From: an uncultured Pseudomonadota bacterium
GTDB taxonomy: Bacteria > BMS3Abin14
DNA length: 51,753 bases
Assembly (NCBI GenBank): GCA_964454175.1
Contig: CAYVSA010000005.1
Coordinates: forward strand, 2,201-53,953
Direction: 5' to 3'
Shown: one piece after another, positions 18,437 through 30,354 of the stretch
Layout: the number at the start of each line of letters is the position of its first letter
How positions within the stretch are numbered: the first letter of the stretch is position 1
Notes under the pieces: generated by a model
Told to the model about the DNA's origin: nothing
The model's database searches: none
Seen by the model: only the letters and a program-made list of their open reading frames with translations
Translations under genes and position numbers: made by a program

Positions 18437-19186
18437 CTACTTCTTGTTTTTCCTGATCAGATCAGCTATCTGGACCGAGCCTTTTTCCAATGCAAGATCA
18501 AGAGGGGTCTTGTCGTTTTTATTCCTGATATTGGCTGAAGCACCAGCATCCATCAGGAACTCCACGATATCTGCTCTTTTCGCTGATACAGCTGCATGCA
18601 GGGCTGTCCAGCCACGATTATCCACGGCATTTACGTCCGCACCTTTTTTTACAAGCAGCTTTACCAGGGCGCTGTCCTCCCTGGCGGCCATGTGCATTGG
18701 TGTCGATCCACCTGCCGATTTGACCCTTACATCAGCCCCCGATTCAACTAAAATTTTAGCAATTTCCAGGTTTCCGTCCATCAGGGTTGCCATAAGCGGG
18801 CTGACGCTGGAATCGTCCTTCACGTTTATGTCAGCATGTCTTTTTATGAGCAGCTTTATAACATCGATGTGTCTGCCCTGGACAGCCTTGAGAAGAGGTG
18901 TTGCTCCATCCCTGTTCCTGGCATTTACATGAGCCCCGCTCTTTATGAGCAGATCGACCACCTTTGCATGGCCGTTTATGGCCGCAAGGTGAAGCGGAGT
19001 GAATCCACCACCGCTACTCTCGGTTGCTGCCGCGGGGTCCCTGGCCAGAATGCTTCTGACCTTGTCCACGTTGCCCCTGTTGGCAGCCATAAAAAGTTCA
19101 GCAGAACCTGCAGCCTGGCTGGTCCAGATGAACAACGTAATAAACGCTGCCGGGATTATTAATTTGCCACCAGGATAAAGGCTCAT
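18437..19186 (-). CDS. Exported ankyrin-repeat protein
   Basis: Signal-like N-terminus; about six repeats (GFTPLHLAA, GATPLLKAV, GSTPMHMAA, GWTALHAAV, DKTPLDLA). Confidence 0.92.
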   Translation of the reverse strand: MSLYPGGKLIIPAAFITLFIWTSQAAGSAELFMAANRGNVDKVRSILARDPAAATESSGGGFTPLHLAAINGHAKVVDLLIKSGAHVNARNRDGATPLLKAVQGRHIDVIKLLIKRHADINVKDDSSVSPLMATLMDGNLEIAKILVESGADVRVKSAGGSTPMHMAAREDSALVKLLVKKGADVNAVDNRGWTALHAAVSAKRADIVEFLMDAGASANIRNKNDKTPLDLALEKGSVQIADLIRKNKK

Positions 19187-19224
19187 AAGCTTTCCTCGCG
19201 CAGTGCATGCGCATCGTTATAATG

Positions 19225-19254
19225 AGAAGGGGGGAGCCGATGCCCCCCCCTTCT
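19225..19254 (-). terminator. GC-rich hairpin downstream of sdhB (terminator or 5'UTR stem of the ankyrin gene)
   Basis: AGAAGGGGGG/CCCCCCTTCT 10-bp stem; U tail weak. Confidence 0.5.
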
Positions 19255-19373
19255 TAAACAAGCAGATTCTAACATATATATTTTATTTTGTATGTCACTT
19301 AATAAGAATCGGGGTCTGTTATTATGCGCGAAGACTCCGGTGATCGTCCACCATAAGAGTCACTGGTACAAGC

Positions 19374-20147
19374 TTATCCCTGTGGGCACAGCGTTTTCAT
19401 GTACTCCCTGTTAAGCCTGGCGATGAACTTTACATCGATGCCCTTCGGGCACGCCGCCTGACACTCGTAGTGGTTGGTGCAGTTTCCGAACCCGCACTCC
19501 TGCATGGCCTTGAGCATATTTGTTACACGCTCCCGGGCTTCCACCTGCCCCTGAGGGAGAGCAGCCAGCTGGGCGACTTTTGCACCCGCAAAGAGCATCG
19601 CAGCTCCGTTAGGGCAGGCTGCAGCACATGCACCGCATCCTATACATTCCGCGGCATCCATCGCGTAGTCTGAATCCTCTTTGGAGATCAGAATGGAATT
19701 ACCGTCAACTGCCGCTCCTGTATTAACAGAGATAAAGCCGCCAGCCTGGATTATAGTATCCATTGCATTGCGGTCCACCATCAGATCCTTCAGTATAGGA
19801 AAGGCTTTTGCCCGCCAGGGTTCTATATATATGGTGTCCCCGTCCCTGAAGTTGCGCATGTGCAGCTGGCAAATGGTGGTCCTCTCCTGGCCGCCGTGGG
19901 GAACGCCGTTAACCACCTGAGAGCATGTACCGCAGATACCTTCCCTGCAGTCGTGATCAAAGACTATCGGCTGCTTATCTTCCTTTATAAGGTCCTCGTT
20001 AACAACATCCAGCATTTCCAGGAAGGAGTGGTGCTCTGTAATGTTTTTCGCCAGGTAGGTCTCAAACCTGCCTGGCTGACCCGGCCCCTTCTGCCGCCAT
20101 ACTATAAGCTTTAACGTCATTGTCTTATGTTCAGCCTGTGCGTTCAT
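19374..20147 (-). CDS. sdhB: Succinate dehydrogenase/fumarate reductase Fe-S subunit
   Basis: [33 protein letters not shown]; TAATG overlap with sdhA. Confidence 0.95.
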   Translation of the reverse strand: MNAQAEHKTMTLKLIVWRQKGPGQPGRFETYLAKNITEHHSFLEMLDVVNEDLIKEDKQPIVFDHDCREGICGTCSQVVNGVPHGGQERTTICQLHMRNFRDGDTIYIEPWRAKAFPILKDLMVDRNAMDTIIQAGGFISVNTGAAVDGNSILISKEDSDYAMDAAECIGCGACAAACPNGAAMLFAGAKVAQLAALPQGQVEARERVTNMLKAMQECGFGNCTNHYECQAACPKGIDVKFIARLNREYMKTLCPQG

Positions 20148-22060
20148 TATTTATAGCTCCTTACTGCAGGTTCGATAACTTTGAATTCCAGCGGCTCCTT
20201 GTGAAGCACCGGCTCCTGGCCGACTCCGGTAAATTCCCATGCTGCCGAGTAGGTGAAGTTCTCATCATCACGCTGAGCTTCCCCTTCGGATGTCTGGTGC
20301 TCGACCCTGAAGTGTCCGCCGCAGGATTCTTTCCGGTGAAGTGCATCACGGCACAGGAGTTCTGCAAACTCCAGGAAATCTGCCGCCCTGCCGGCGTTTT
20401 CAAGCTGCTGGTTGATCTCACCACTTTCGCCTGGAACCTTGAGATCTTCCCAGAACTGGCCACGGATCTCGGGGATCTTTTCAATAGCCTCCGTGAGGCT
20501 CTCCTCGCTCCTGGCCATGCCGACTTTATTCCACATGAGTGACCCTAGCTCGTGCATGAAATCAGAGACCGTACGGCTTCCGCCGATGGAAAGCAATTTT
20601 TCGCGATCGTCCGCCACCTCTTTAATTGAGGCAAGGCACTCCGGGCTGTCGACCTGAAGTTTGCCGGGCGCGGTCTGGGTAAGATAGGTGGAGATCGTGT
20701 ACGGTATAATAAAATACCCGTCTGCAAGGCCCTGCATCAGGGCACTCGCCCCGAGTCTGTTGGCTCCGTGGACAGAGAAGTTGGCCTCCCCAAGGACGAA
20801 AAGCCCCGGGATGTTGCTCATCAGGTTGTAATCTACCCACAGACCGCCCATTACGTAGTGAGGTGCAGGGTAGATCCGCATCGGTACCTTGTACCCGTTC
20901 TCCGCTGTAATCTGTTCGTACATCTCAAAGAGGTTGCCGTATCGCTCCCGGATAAGATCCTCTCCAACCCGCATTATGGAATCTCGGAAATCAAGGTAAA
21001 CTCCCCTGCCTCCAGGCCCAACACCCCGCCCTTCGTCGCACTGCTCCTTTGCCGCCCTGGACGCTATGTCCCTGGGCGCAAGGTTGCCGAAGCTTGGATA
21101 TTTTCTTTCGAGATAGTAATCACGGTCCTCTTCCGGGATCTCGTTTGGCGGACGGTTGTCACCCGCTTTCCTGGGGACCCAGCACCGCCCGTCATTTCGC
21201 AGGGACTCGGACATGAGCGTCAGTTTAGACTGGTGACTTCCGGTTTGAGGTATACAGGTCGGATGGATCTGTGTGTAGCACGGGTTGGCGAAGTAAGCAC
21301 CCCTTTTGTGGGCCTTCCAGATAGCTGTAACGCTGCATCCCCTGGCATTGGTGGAAAGGTGATAAACGTTGATATATCCTCCTGTACACAGGAGAACTGC
21401 ATCACCGACATGACACCGGATCTCACCGGTAACAAGATCACGGATGGTTATGCCCTTTGCTTCTCCGTCAACCAGTATCAGATCCAGCACTTCTGTCCTC
21501 GGGTGAAGCTTGACTGTGTTCGCCTTTATCTGTCTTGACAGGGCGGAATAAGCTCCCAGGAGAAGCTGCTGCCCTGTCTGGCCCCTTGCGTAGAAGGTCC
21601 TTGAGACCTGGGCACCGCCAAAGGAACGGGTATCAAGGTATCCACCGTAATCCCTCGCAAAAGGGACTCCCTGGGCCGTACACTGGTCTATTATCTCATT
21701 GCTTACCTGGGCAAGCCGCCAGACGTCCGCCTCACGGGACCTGAAGTCGCCGCCCTTTATAGTGTCGTAGAAGAGGCGTTTAATGCTGTCACCGTCATTG
21801 TTGTAGTTCTTCGCCGCGTTGATACCACCCTGGGCAGCAATGGAGTGGGCTCGCCTGGAGGAGTCCTGGTAGCAGAAGGACTCGACATTGTAGCCAAGTT
21901 CACCCAGTGTGGCTGCAGCTGAAGCACCAGCAAGGCCAGTTCCCACGACCAGGATCTTGTATTTACGTTTATTTGAGGGATTTACCAGCTTCATATCGAA
22001 GCGATATTTATCCCAACTCTGTTCTATTGGTCCTGTTGGACTTTTTCCATCAAGTATCAC
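20147..22060 (-). CDS. sdhA: Succinate dehydrogenase/fumarate reductase flavoprotein subunit
   Basis: VVGTGLAG, covalent-FAD His [35 protein letters not shown]. Catalytic direction cannot be read from sequence. Confidence 0.95.
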   Translation of the reverse strand: MILDGKSPTGPIEQSWDKYRFDMKLVNPSNKRKYKILVVGTGLAGASAAATLGELGYNVESFCYQDSSRRAHSIAAQGGINAAKNYNNDGDSIKRLFYDTIKGGDFRSREADVWRLAQVSNEIIDQCTAQGVPFARDYGGYLDTRSFGGAQVSRTFYARGQTGQQLLLGAYSALSRQIKANTVKLHPRTEVLDLILVDGEAKGITIRDLVTGEIRCHVGDAVLLCTGGYINVYHLSTNARGCSVTAIWKAHKRGAYFANPCYTQIHPTCIPQTGSHQSKLTLMSESLRNDGRCWVPRKAGDNRPPNEIPEEDRDYYLERKYPSFGNLAPRDIASRAAKEQCDEGRGVGPGGRGVYLDFRDSIMRVGEDLIRERYGNLFEMYEQITAENGYKVPMRIYPAPHYVMGGLWVDYNLMSNIPGLFVLGEANFSVHGANRLGASALMQGLADGYFIIPYTISTYLTQTAPGKLQVDSPECLASIKEVADDREKLLSIGGSRTVSDFMHELGSLMWNKVGMARSEESLTEAIEKIPEIRGQFWEDLKVPGESGEINQQLENAGRAADFLEFAELLCRDALHRKESCGGHFRVEHQTSEGEAQRDDENFTYSAAWEFTGVGQEPVLHKEPLEFKVIEPAVRSYK

Positions 22061-22071
22061 TGTAATGCCCC

Positions 22072-22737
22072 CTATTTGGTAAGGATCCCGGCAATGATCA
22101 GGGCCGGGATCGCACCATAACCCAGCAGGAACAGGATCGAGAGGAGTTTACCGCCCATGCTGAACCTGGGCAGCGTCCGGTCGTTATTCCAGCCCAGAGA
22201 CTGGAAAGTACTCTGGATGCCGTGGTTGAGGTGGAGGAAGAGAACGATCATGGCGAAAATATAGAAGCCCGCGACCAGCGGTATCCGCAAACTGCTGATC
22301 ACCATGAGGAAGACATCGAAGCGATCCTTCCAATCAAAGGCCTGGACAACATCCGGCGTTGCCCTGAAGGTGAACTGGGCGAGGTGTACCAGGATGAAAG
22401 CCAGCAAAAGTGCTCCAGTCCAGATCATGGTCTTACTGGAAAAAGTCGCCCTGAGGTTCTTCTTGACAGCGTATTTTTCTGGATTAGCGCCCCAGTTCTC
22501 CAGCGTCAGGACAATTCCCAGGTAGACGTGAAGACAGAGCATCGAGATCATGAAAACCCTGAATGCCCATACCAGCGGGGCGAGTTCACGAAGATGTTCT
22601 GCGTATGCATTAAGCCAGTCGGAACCAATGAATATGGTGGAATTTCCCAGTAGGTGCATGACGACAAACAGGAGCATAAACAGACCGCTTACTGCCATAA
22701 GCATCTTTTTGCCTACGGAACTTGATAACAATGACAT
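22072..22737 (-). CDS. sdhC: Succinate dehydrogenase cytochrome b subunit (single anchor, five-TM type)
   Basis: KKMLMAVSG; four candidate heme His (MHLLGN, LHVY, VHLAQF, LHLNHG). Confidence 0.92.
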   Translation of the reverse strand: MSLLSSSVGKKMLMAVSGLFMLLFVVMHLLGNSTIFIGSDWLNAYAEHLRELAPLVWAFRVFMISMLCLHVYLGIVLTLENWGANPEKYAVKKNLRATFSSKTMIWTGALLLAFILVHLAQFTFRATPDVVQAFDWKDRFDVFLMVISSLRIPLVAGFYIFAMIVLFLHLNHGIQSTFQSLGWNNDRTLPRFSMGGKLLSILFLLGYGAIPALIIAGILTK

Positions 22738-22927
22738 GGCACCTTTCCTTTAGTAGTGAGGTTTAAGTTCTGGATTAATTTACAACTCCCGCCCTGGTTG
22801 CATTTACAGGGCTGAAACATCAAACTTTACGTGGTACTTTGAACAACCACCTCCTTCTGGGTCCACAACGACGGGCATGACGGCGAAGCGCCATCTGCCA
22901 TCAGCAGTTGCGGACGGGACCGTCCGG

Positions 22928-23464
22928 TTACCCGATAAGATCGTAGCCCAGCTGCAGGGCTCTCTTGTTGAGGTCCTCGGTGCCTTTTGGCACCCTTGAC
23001 AGAACCGCCTTCAGCACAGCGTCAAAAGACACTTTCTCGATCAGGTGTGAAATGGCGCCCAGAGCGACGATGTTGGCCACGAAAGTCTTTCCGATCTTTT
23101 CCTTCGCGGTTTCGATTATGGGTAGACTGTGGACTGTGTAGCCGCCCTCCGGCAGGTCCTTGACCATCCTGGAATCCGCAATTATCACTCCGCTGTCTTT
23201 GAGGTCGTGGGTGTATTTGTTGCAGGCCTCCTGGGTCAGGCACAAGAGCAGGTCTATCTGTGTTGCCTTTGGATAATCAATGTCCCCGTCGGAAATAATA
23301 ACCTCGGACTTGCTTGCTCCGCCGCGCGCTTCCGGACCGTAGGACTGGGTCTGCACAGCGTTCATTCCATCGTACAGTGCGGCGGCCTCAGCCAGGATAA
23401 CACCTGCCAGCACCAGGCCCTGACCACCTGCACCACTCAACCTTACTTCATACCGGTCTGACAT
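22928..23464 (-). CDS. korC: 2-oxoacid (2-oxoglutarate):ferredoxin oxidoreductase gamma subunit
   Basis: LSGAGGQGLVLAG, QSYGPEARGGASKSEV. Confidence 0.92.
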   Translation of the reverse strand: MSDRYEVRLSGAGGQGLVLAGVILAEAAALYDGMNAVQTQSYGPEARGGASKSEVIISDGDIDYPKATQIDLLLCLTQEACNKYTHDLKDSGVIIADSRMVKDLPEGGYTVHSLPIIETAKEKIGKTFVANIVALGAISHLIEKVSFDAVLKAVLSRVPKGTEDLNKRALQLGYDLIG

Positions 23465-23479
23465 ATCAGCCTCCTGTGG

Positions 23480-24295
23480 TCAGGCTCCCTTGCCTACCCT
23501 CTCAACTATCTTGGCGTACTCGTCACAGTACTCAGGTTTTTCCTCCTGCTTGTAGACGCCAGTTATTATCTTGCCCTCAGCTTTCTCAGGGTTTTTGTCC
23601 GCTATCTTTTTGCCGATGGTATTGCCCTTGAACCAGAGGAACATATCTGTAGCGGAACCAAGCTTGTTCCTCCTGCCGTAAGTGGTCGGACAGGTACACA
23701 GCGCATCGATCACGGAGAACCCTTTGTGAGCTATTCCATCCGCGATGAGCCTTGTCAGGGGTACAGAGTGGTAGGCAGTCCCCCTCGCCACGTAGGAAGC
23801 ACCAGCCCCCATAGCGAGCTGAACCACATCAAATGCATAATCAGGGTTGCCGTAAGGGGTCGTGCTTGCAAGCATGCCGTGAGGAGTCGTAGGAGAAAAC
23901 TGGCCTCCGGTCATACCGTAAATATTATTGTTGAACACAATGAGGGTAATATTTATATTTCTTCTGCAAGCATGAATGAAGTGGTTCCCGCCAATGGCCA
24001 GGGAGTCGCCATCCCCCGCGACAACTATAACGTTCATAGCTGGTTTTGCCATCTTGACACCAGTGGCGAAGGCCAGCGCACGACCGTGGGTAGTGTGCAG
24101 GGTGTTGAAATCCATGTAGCCGGGCATTCGTGACGCACAGCCTATGCCCGACACTATCGCCGTCTGATCCTTGTCCAGTCCCTCCCTGTCAATAGCCCTT
24201 ATGATGGATTTCATCACAATCCCGTGGGCGCACCCGGGACACCAGATATGAGGCAGTTTGCCGGGTCTGATGTACTGATCATAATCGAAAGCCAT
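23480..24295 (-). CDS. korB: 2-oxoglutarate:ferredoxin oxidoreductase beta subunit
   Basis: WCPGCAHG, SGIGC, TPP motif GDGD...NN, YGMTGGQ. Confidence 0.93.
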   Translation of the reverse strand: MAFDYDQYIRPGKLPHIWCPGCAHGIVMKSIIRAIDREGLDKDQTAIVSGIGCASRMPGYMDFNTLHTTHGRALAFATGVKMAKPAMNVIVVAGDGDSLAIGGNHFIHACRRNINITLIVFNNNIYGMTGGQFSPTTPHGMLASTTPYGNPDYAFDVVQLAMGAGASYVARGTAYHSVPLTRLIADGIAHKGFSVIDALCTCPTTYGRRNKLGSATDMFLWFKGNTIGKKIADKNPEKAEGKIITGVYKQEEKPEYCDEYAKIVERVGKGA

Positions 24296-25428
24296 TACGA
24301 CACCTCCCTTATTCTATCGAGGATCTGTTCAGGAGTGATGGGTTCGCCGTCGGCCCTGTTCAGCCCCACAACCTCCGCTTTGCCTTTGGAGGAACGCTCG
24401 ACTTCTTCGATCATCTGCCCAAGATTCAGTTCGGGGACAATTATTACATCGAGTTTTTCGGCCATTTCAAGGACAGCGGCAGAGGGGAAGGGCCACAGGG
24501 TAATTGGCCTGAAGAAATCGACTTTCAGACCCTTTCCCTTTGCAAGGCCCAGAGCCGACCGTGTCGATCTGGCACTTGAGCCAAAAGCCAGCACCCCAAC
24601 CTTCGCACCTTCGGTCTCAAGATATTCGTACTTCTCGATGAAATCGAGGTTTTCGCTCACCTTGGCCATCAAGCGCTCCTCTTCCGGTTCTACGAGTGCA
24701 GCAGAGCCAGTGGGGAAACCCGTCTCGTCGTGGTTGAGTCCAGTAACGTGCCACCTGTATCCTGAACCGAAATCGGCCATGGGCGGTACCAGCCCCCCTG
24801 TTGAATCATAGGGTTTATACTCTGATGGCGGTACTGTGGGTCTCGGCCGGTCCCAGATCTCCAACTCGCCCTCAGATGGGATCGTGAATTTCTCGCGCAT
24901 GTGCCCGATGATCTCATCAGCCAGCAAAATAACCGGCGTTCTTAACCTCTCCGCAAGGTTAAAGGCCCTGACCGTTTCCGTGAATATCTCCTCAACCGAG
25001 TTCGGCGCAAGGACGACCGCAGGATGATCCCCGTGAGTACCCCACCTGGCCTGCATGACATCCGACTGGCTGGGTGAGGTAGGAAGACCTGTGCTCGGTC
25101 CGCCTCTCATGACGTTAACGATCACACACGGGACCTCTGTTATGCATGCAAATCCCATGTTCTCCAGCTTCAAAGACATGCCCGGGCCGCTCGTTGCGGT
25201 GAGACTCTTGCGTCCGGTAAGAGATGCTCCGATCACAGCAGCCATGGCCCCGATCTCGTCTTCCATCTGAATAAAAGCGCCGCCCAGTGTTGGCAGCTTT
25301 CTTGCCATTATCTCGGCAACTTCTGTAGAGGGCGTTATCGGGTATCCGGCAAAGAACCTGCAGCCAGCGTAGAGCGCTCCTTCCGCACACGCCTCATTGC
25401 CCTGAAAAAATACCGCTCTTCCGCTCAT
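24295..25428 (-). CDS. korA: 2-oxoglutarate:ferredoxin oxidoreductase alpha subunit
   Basis: FFAGYPITPSTE, QMEDE, ATSGPG, MRGGPSTGLPT. Confidence 0.93.
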   Translation of the reverse strand: MSGRAVFFQGNEACAEGALYAGCRFFAGYPITPSTEVAEIMARKLPTLGGAFIQMEDEIGAMAAVIGASLTGRKSLTATSGPGMSLKLENMGFACITEVPCVIVNVMRGGPSTGLPTSPSQSDVMQARWGTHGDHPAVVLAPNSVEEIFTETVRAFNLAERLRTPVILLADEIIGHMREKFTIPSEGELEIWDRPRPTVPPSEYKPYDSTGGLVPPMADFGSGYRWHVTGLNHDETGFPTGSAALVEPEEERLMAKVSENLDFIEKYEYLETEGAKVGVLAFGSSARSTRSALGLAKGKGLKVDFFRPITLWPFPSAAVLEMAEKLDVIIVPELNLGQMIEEVERSSKGKAEVVGLNRADGEPITPEQILDRIREVS

Positions 25429-25685
25429 TATTTACTCCCCCTCTTCCCTGACGGGTGAACCTCTATGGCGAAATCAGGACAGCTCACCTCGCAGAGCAGA
25501 CACTCGGTACACGCTTCGAGATTTACCACGCAGGCCTTGAAATCCTTCATATCAAGAACGCCGGCCGGGCATACCTTTACGCATATATCACAGCCTTTGC
25601 AGTACCTGGGGATGATCGCTATCTTTCGCTCCCCGTACTCGGCAACGACTGCTTCCTCCTTCTTACGGGCTGTATCAGCCATCAC
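25428..25685 (-). CDS. korD: 2[4Fe-4S] ferredoxin (delta subunit)
   Basis: CKGCDICVKVCP and CTECLLCEVSCP. Confidence 0.9.
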   Translation of the reverse strand: MMADTARKKEEAVVAEYGERKIAIIPRYCKGCDICVKVCPAGVLDMKDFKACVVNLEACTECLLCEVSCPDFAIEVHPSGKRGSK

Positions 25686-25694
25686 AACCTCCTG

Positions 25695-26570
25695 TCAGCG
25701 GCCAAGGACTTCGGCAACTGCCGTGCCGATATCGGCGGGACTTGAACTCACAGTGACCCCGGCCTCTTTAAGGGCAGCTACCTTTTCAGCAGCAGTGCCC
25801 TTGCCGCCGGCAATGATAGCACCGGCATGGCCCATCCTTTTTCCCGGGGGTGCAGTCTGGCCGGCGATAAAGGACACCACCGGCTTTTTGAATGTTGCTT
25901 TTATATAGGCAGCGGCTTCTTCTTCTGCCGATCCGCCGATCTCTCCGATCATTACGACCGCCTCTGTGCCATCGTCATCGTTAAAAAGCTTCAAAAGATC
26001 GGTAAAGGTGCTGCCGATGACCGGGTCACCTCCAATACCTATGCAGGTACTCTGTCCGATCCCTATTTCAGTCAACTGACCAACGGCCTCATAAGTAAGG
26101 GTTCCACTCCTGGATATCACACCCACCGTTCCCTGTTTGTGGATGAAACCAGGCATGATCCCCATCTTGCACTCGCCTGGAGTAATGACTCCCGGGCAGT
26201 TTGGCCCGATCAGCCTGACCCCGCGGCCCGCTATGGCATCTTTTGCCTTCACCATATCCAGGGTGGGGATACCTTCAGTAATGCACACAACCACACCCAC
26301 TCCTGCATCCGCTGCCTCGATGATCGCATCACCTGCGAAAGCAGGCGGTACGAATATGAGGGCCGCATTTGCTCCCTCCTTCTCAACGGCCTGGGTGACG
26401 GTGTTAAATACCGGTATGCCGTCCACATCCTGGCCGCCTTTTCCGGGAGTTACACCCGCTACTACATTAGACCCATACGCTACACACTGCTGAGTGTGAA
26501 ATGTGCCCTCGCGGCCGGTGATCCCCTGCACTACAACTCTGGTGTCACTGTTGACCAGGATGCTCATCAT
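25695..26570 (-). CDS. sucD: Succinyl-CoA synthetase alpha subunit
   Basis: [20 protein letters not shown], phospho-His RMGHAGA. Confidence 0.97.
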   Translation of the reverse strand: MMSILVNSDTRVVVQGITGREGTFHTQQCVAYGSNVVAGVTPGKGGQDVDGIPVFNTVTQAVEKEGANAALIFVPPAFAGDAIIEAADAGVGVVVCITEGIPTLDMVKAKDAIAGRGVRLIGPNCPGVITPGECKMGIMPGFIHKQGTVGVISRSGTLTYEAVGQLTEIGIGQSTCIGIGGDPVIGSTFTDLLKLFNDDDGTEAVVMIGEIGGSAEEEAAAYIKATFKKPVVSFIAGQTAPPGKRMGHAGAIIAGGKGTAAEKVAALKEAGVTVSSSPADIGTAVAEVLGR

Positions 26571-27739
26571 TCACCTCCCGAACCTGTGGCCGCCGAAACG
26601 GCCTTCTCCGCAGCCTGTTTGAGACCTTTTGCTGTTACGAATCCCAGGCCTGATCCTTCTATGAGACGCAGTCCCTCGTCCGCATTTGTCCCCTCCAGCC
26701 TGACAATGACCGGAACCTTCACGTCCAGAGCCTTCGCCGCATTGACGACTCCCTGGGCAACAATGTCACACCTCACTATGCCGCCGAATATATTGACCAG
26801 AACCGCCTTTACGTTCTTGTCTGCAAGGATGATCCTGAAGGCATTAGTTACGGATTCTTCCTTGGCACCGCCACCCACATCCAGAAAATTGGCAGGCTCG
26901 CCGCCAGACAGTTTGATGATATCCATGGTAGCCATAGCCAATCCCGCACCATTCACCATGCAGCCGACGTTCCCATCCAGCTTGATATATGACAGACCGA
27001 ACTTGGAGGCTTCTATCTCCAGGGCCTCCTCCTCTCCAAGGTCTCTCAGTTCGGTAACAGCCTCCTGCCGGTAGAGGGCATTGTCGTCAAAATTCAGCTT
27101 GGCGTCCAGTGCAATTACAGCTCCGTCACCGGTTGTGATAAGGGGATTTATCTCTGCCAGAGAGCAGTCCTTTTCTACGAAAAGCCTGTAAAGCTTCAGG
27201 ATAAATGAAGCCGCAGCAGAGGCAGTTTTTCCCTTAAGGCCCAGGCCGAAAGCCAGGTTTCTGGCCTGGTAGGGCATAAGTCCCATGTTTGGATCAGCGA
27301 ACTCCTTGAGGATCTTCTCGGGAGTTTCTGCCGCAACCTTCTCTATCTCAACGCCGCCCTCGGTGCTCGCCATTACTGCAATACTCTCGGAGGCCCTGTC
27401 CACGACCATTCCGAGGTAAAACTCCGAGGCGATATCAACTGCACCCTCAACGAGTACCTGGTTAACGACACTTCCACCGGGTCCAGTCTGAAAGGTTACC
27501 AGCGGCTTTCCGAGCAGGCCTCCTGCAACTTCGGACGCCTCTGCGGGCGTTCCAACGACCTTCACACCGCCTGCTTTGCCCCTTCCTCCAGCGTGGATCT
27601 GCGCTTTGACCACAACCCTTGTCCCGAGTGATTCGGCTATTGTACCTGCCGCCTCAGGAGCTGTGGCAACTCCGCCGTCCGGTACGGACACACCGTACTG
27701 CTTTAGTATCTCTTTTGCCTGGTATTCGTGGACTTTCAT
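26567..27739 (-). CDS. sucC: Succinyl-CoA synthetase beta subunit
   Basis: [42 protein letters not shown]. Confidence 0.97.
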   Translation of the reverse strand: MKVHEYQAKEILKQYGVSVPDGGVATAPEAAGTIAESLGTRVVVKAQIHAGGRGKAGGVKVVGTPAEASEVAGGLLGKPLVTFQTGPGGSVVNQVLVEGAVDIASEFYLGMVVDRASESIAVMASTEGGVEIEKVAAETPEKILKEFADPNMGLMPYQARNLAFGLGLKGKTASAAASFILKLYRLFVEKDCSLAEINPLITTGDGAVIALDAKLNFDDNALYRQEAVTELRDLGEEEALEIEASKFGLSYIKLDGNVGCMVNGAGLAMATMDIIKLSGGEPANFLDVGGGAKEESVTNAFRIILADKNVKAVLVNIFGGIVRCDIVAQGVVNAAKALDVKVPVIVRLEGTNADEGLRLIEGSGLGFVTAKGLKQAAEKAVSAATGSGGE

Positions 27740-27760
27740 GTAATTACCTCCGAAAGTAAA

Positions 27761-28318
27761 CTATGCTATCCTGAATTCCTTAACACCGTTTTTGTAAAGA
27801 TCGTTCCCTTCGCAGTCGTTGACAACAATGGCCGGAAAATCCTTGACCTCCAGCCTCCTGATCGCTTCCGGACCAAGGTCTTCATATGCGATTATTTCAC
27901 AGGAATCGATCCTCCTGGAGATGAGTGCGGCCGCCCCGCCCACTGCCGCCATGTACACAGCCTTGTGTTTGACTATGGATTCTATGACCTCAGGTGATCT
28001 TGAGCCTTTTCCGATCATTCCCTTAAGTCCCTTTTCAATGAGGATTGGGGAATAGGCGTCCATCCTGTAGCTGGTAGTTGGACCGGCAGAACCGATAGGT
28101 TCTCCGGGGCGTGACGGTGTTGGACCGACAAAGTAGATTATCTGTCCCTCCAGGTCCATGGGGAGCTTTTTTCCTTCAGCAATAAGGTCGACCAACCTCT
28201 TGTGCGCCGCATCCCGCCCGGTGAATATGGTGCCTGTGATAAGAACCTGGTCCCCCGCTCGCAGTGCTTCAACATCTGTGTCTTTCAGCGGCGGTGTAAG
28301 CCTGATGGGTTCAGCCAA
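27761..28318 (-). CDS. Fe-S fumarate hydratase (class I) beta subunit
   Basis: GRDAAHKRL, GPTTSYRMD, GKG; TCA-operon context favours fumarase over tartrate dehydratase. Confidence 0.9.
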   Translation of the reverse strand: MAEPIRLTPPLKDTDVEALRAGDQVLITGTIFTGRDAAHKRLVDLIAEGKKLPMDLEGQIIYFVGPTPSRPGEPIGSAGPTTSYRMDAYSPILIEKGLKGMIGKGSRSPEVIESIVKHKAVYMAAVGGAAALISRRIDSCEIIAYEDLGPEAIRRLEVKDFPAIVVNDCEGNDLYKNGVKEFRIA

Positions 28319-28330
28319 TTTGGTCCTCCC

Positions 28331-29170
28331 CTAGATTACCGTTTCCTTGTGCCTGTGTGCGTGGCAGTTGATATTCACAGCAACGGGCAGGCTGGCAATG
28401 TGACAAGGGTGCATCTGAATATGGACTGCAAGGGAAGTTGTTCTGCCCCCAAGCCCACCCGGTCCAATACCAAGATCGTTGACCCTTTCAAGGATCTGAG
28501 CTTCCATATCAGCCAGTTCAGGATCTTCGCTTGGCTGCCCGAGAGGCCTTAGAAGCGCCTCTTTTGCCAGCATCGCAGCCTTCTCGAATGTGCCGCCAAT
28601 ACCCACCCCGATAACAGTCGGCGGGCAGGGATTTGGACCTGATTCAGCCACCCTGTTCACGACGTAATCCATGATCCCATCTTTGCCGTCGGATGGTTTC
28701 AGCATCATCACGCGGCTCATATTCTCGCTGCCGCCGCCCTTGCCAGCAAGGGTAATTTTTACTTTTTCACCCGGTACGACCTTAAGATGAATGATCGCCG
28801 GTGTATTGTCCCCTGTGTTTTTCCTGGTAAATGGATGACACACACTCTTTCGCAGGAATCCTTCAGCATACCCCTGCCGAACACCCTCGTGAACTGCCTC
28901 CGAGATGTCACCTCCCGTGATGTGGACTTCCTGTCCAAGCTCGACGAATATTACAGCAAATCCTGTGTCCTGGCACATGGGATAAACGCCTTCCATGGCA
29001 ATGCCAGCGTTCTCGATCAGCTGCCTGATGATCTCCCTGCCTGTTGGTGAGGTTTCCGCGGCAAGGTTATCTTTCAGGGCCTCTTTAACATCATCACCGA
29101 GCTTATAGGCCGCTTCAATGGACATCTCTCTAACGGCTTCGGTGATCCGGGAAGATTCAATTTCTCTCAT
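28331..29170 (-). CDS. Fe-S fumarate hydratase (class I) alpha subunit
   Basis: CQDTG, KGGGSEN, NPCPP, CHAHRH; start moved to ATG 29170 (GGAG RBS). Confidence 0.9.
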   Translation of the reverse strand: MREIESSRITEAVREMSIEAAYKLGDDVKEALKDNLAAETSPTGREIIRQLIENAGIAMEGVYPMCQDTGFAVIFVELGQEVHITGGDISEAVHEGVRQGYAEGFLRKSVCHPFTRKNTGDNTPAIIHLKVVPGEKVKITLAGKGGGSENMSRVMMLKPSDGKDGIMDYVVNRVAESGPNPCPPTVIGVGIGGTFEKAAMLAKEALLRPLGQPSEDPELADMEAQILERVNDLGIGPGGLGGRTTSLAVHIQMHPCHIASLPVAVNINCHAHRHKETVI

Positions 29171-29335
29171 CAGTTGTTCTCCGGTAGATCCAGTTTCACC
29201 ACTCAACTGCACGCTACCTGGTACAAGGACGCGGGAAGACGCATCTTGTACACGCGGCAGCGTGAAAAAAGGGAGGACCGCCAGAATTCAAGAGCCCCCC
29301 CTCATAAAATCAAAAACTGACGTCGATACTTCCCA

Positions 29336-30274
29336 TCAAAGAGGAAGTTTTTCAACGTTTGACTTGATATCGCTCACAGACTCCTGAAGGGCGGCCATCT
29401 CCTCATCAGACAGGTCGATCTCAATAACTTTCTCGACACCGTCACCACCGATGATTGCAGGGACACCCACGTAGAGCCCACCTTTAACGCCGTACTCGCC
29501 TTCCAGACAGGCAGCAACAGGCAGGATCCTTTTTTTATCCTTGAGGATAGCTTCTGCCATCTGAACCGCCGAAGCCGAAGGAGAATAGTACGCACTTCCT
29601 GTCTTGAGAAGACCGACTATCTCACCTCCCGCTTTCCTCGTTCTCTCAACGATGGCATCTATGCGGTCCGCCGGGATCAGCTTTTCAATGGGGATACCGC
29701 CTGCGTAAGAATACCTCACCAGGGGAACCATGCTGTCGCCGTGGCCTCCCAGGACAAAAGCACTGGTGTCTTCAACGGAGATACCCAACTCCATGGCTAT
29801 GAAAGCCCTGAAACGTGCGCTGTCCAGGACCCCGGCCATTCCCAGGACCCGGTTTTTGGGGAAACCCGTGACGGCCCTGGCAACATAGGTCATTACATCA
29901 AGCGGGTTGCTGACGACGATAATAAATGCATCTGGCGAGTGCTTTGCACACTGTTCCGCACAACTCTTGACGATCTCAAAATTCTTTATGAGAAGGTCGT
30001 CCCTGCTCATACCTGGCTTTCTGGCCAGACCTGCAGTTATGATAACAACATCAGAACCGGCAGATTCCTCATAGCTGTTAGTGCCGATAATGCTGCAGTC
30101 AAAGCCTTCAACCGGCGCGGTCTCGACCATGTCAAGGGCCTTACCCTGGGGCATTCCCTCGACAATGTCTACAAGTACAATGTCGCCCAGTTCTTTAGAC
30201 GCAGCCCAATGGACGGCTGTAGCACCGACGTTGCCTGCACCGACTACTGTTATCTTGTTTCTCTTCATGGCCAT
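29336..30274 (-). CDS. mdh: Malate dehydrogenase (LDH-like)
   Basis: [22 protein letters not shown] (Arg specificity loop), VVSNPLD, LGGHGD. Confidence 0.96.
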   Translation of the reverse strand: MAMKRNKITVVGAGNVGATAVHWAASKELGDIVLVDIVEGMPQGKALDMVETAPVEGFDCSIIGTNSYEESAGSDVVIITAGLARKPGMSRDDLLIKNFEIVKSCAEQCAKHSPDAFIIVVSNPLDVMTYVARAVTGFPKNRVLGMAGVLDSARFRAFIAMELGISVEDTSAFVLGGHGDSMVPLVRYSYAGGIPIEKLIPADRIDAIVERTRKAGGEIVGLLKTGSAYYSPSASAVQMAEAILKDKKRILPVAACLEGEYGVKGGLYVGVPAIIGGDGVEKVIEIDLSDEEMAALQESVSDIKSNVEKLPL

Positions 30275-30354
30275 TGTAACCCCCCTTTCACCTCATCCGC
30301 GTATCTTTCCAGGATAAAGCTGCTGGCAGCAATACTTCTGTAAGGGAAAATCAA

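Noticed and set aside
22860-22927. Small hairpins between korC and sdhC (CGGACGG/CCGTCCG, GGCG/CGCC)
   Set aside because: Short stems with no U tract; at most mRNA-processing elements, and not distinctive.
25827-27074. 415-aa plus-strand ORF, and similar long antisense ORFs (e.g. 2660-3286, 9860-10621, 35242-36135, 37962-38738, 49351-50178)
   Set aside because: They lie antisense to well-supported genes, have no recognisable motifs and show Ser/Pro/Arg-rich shadow composition.
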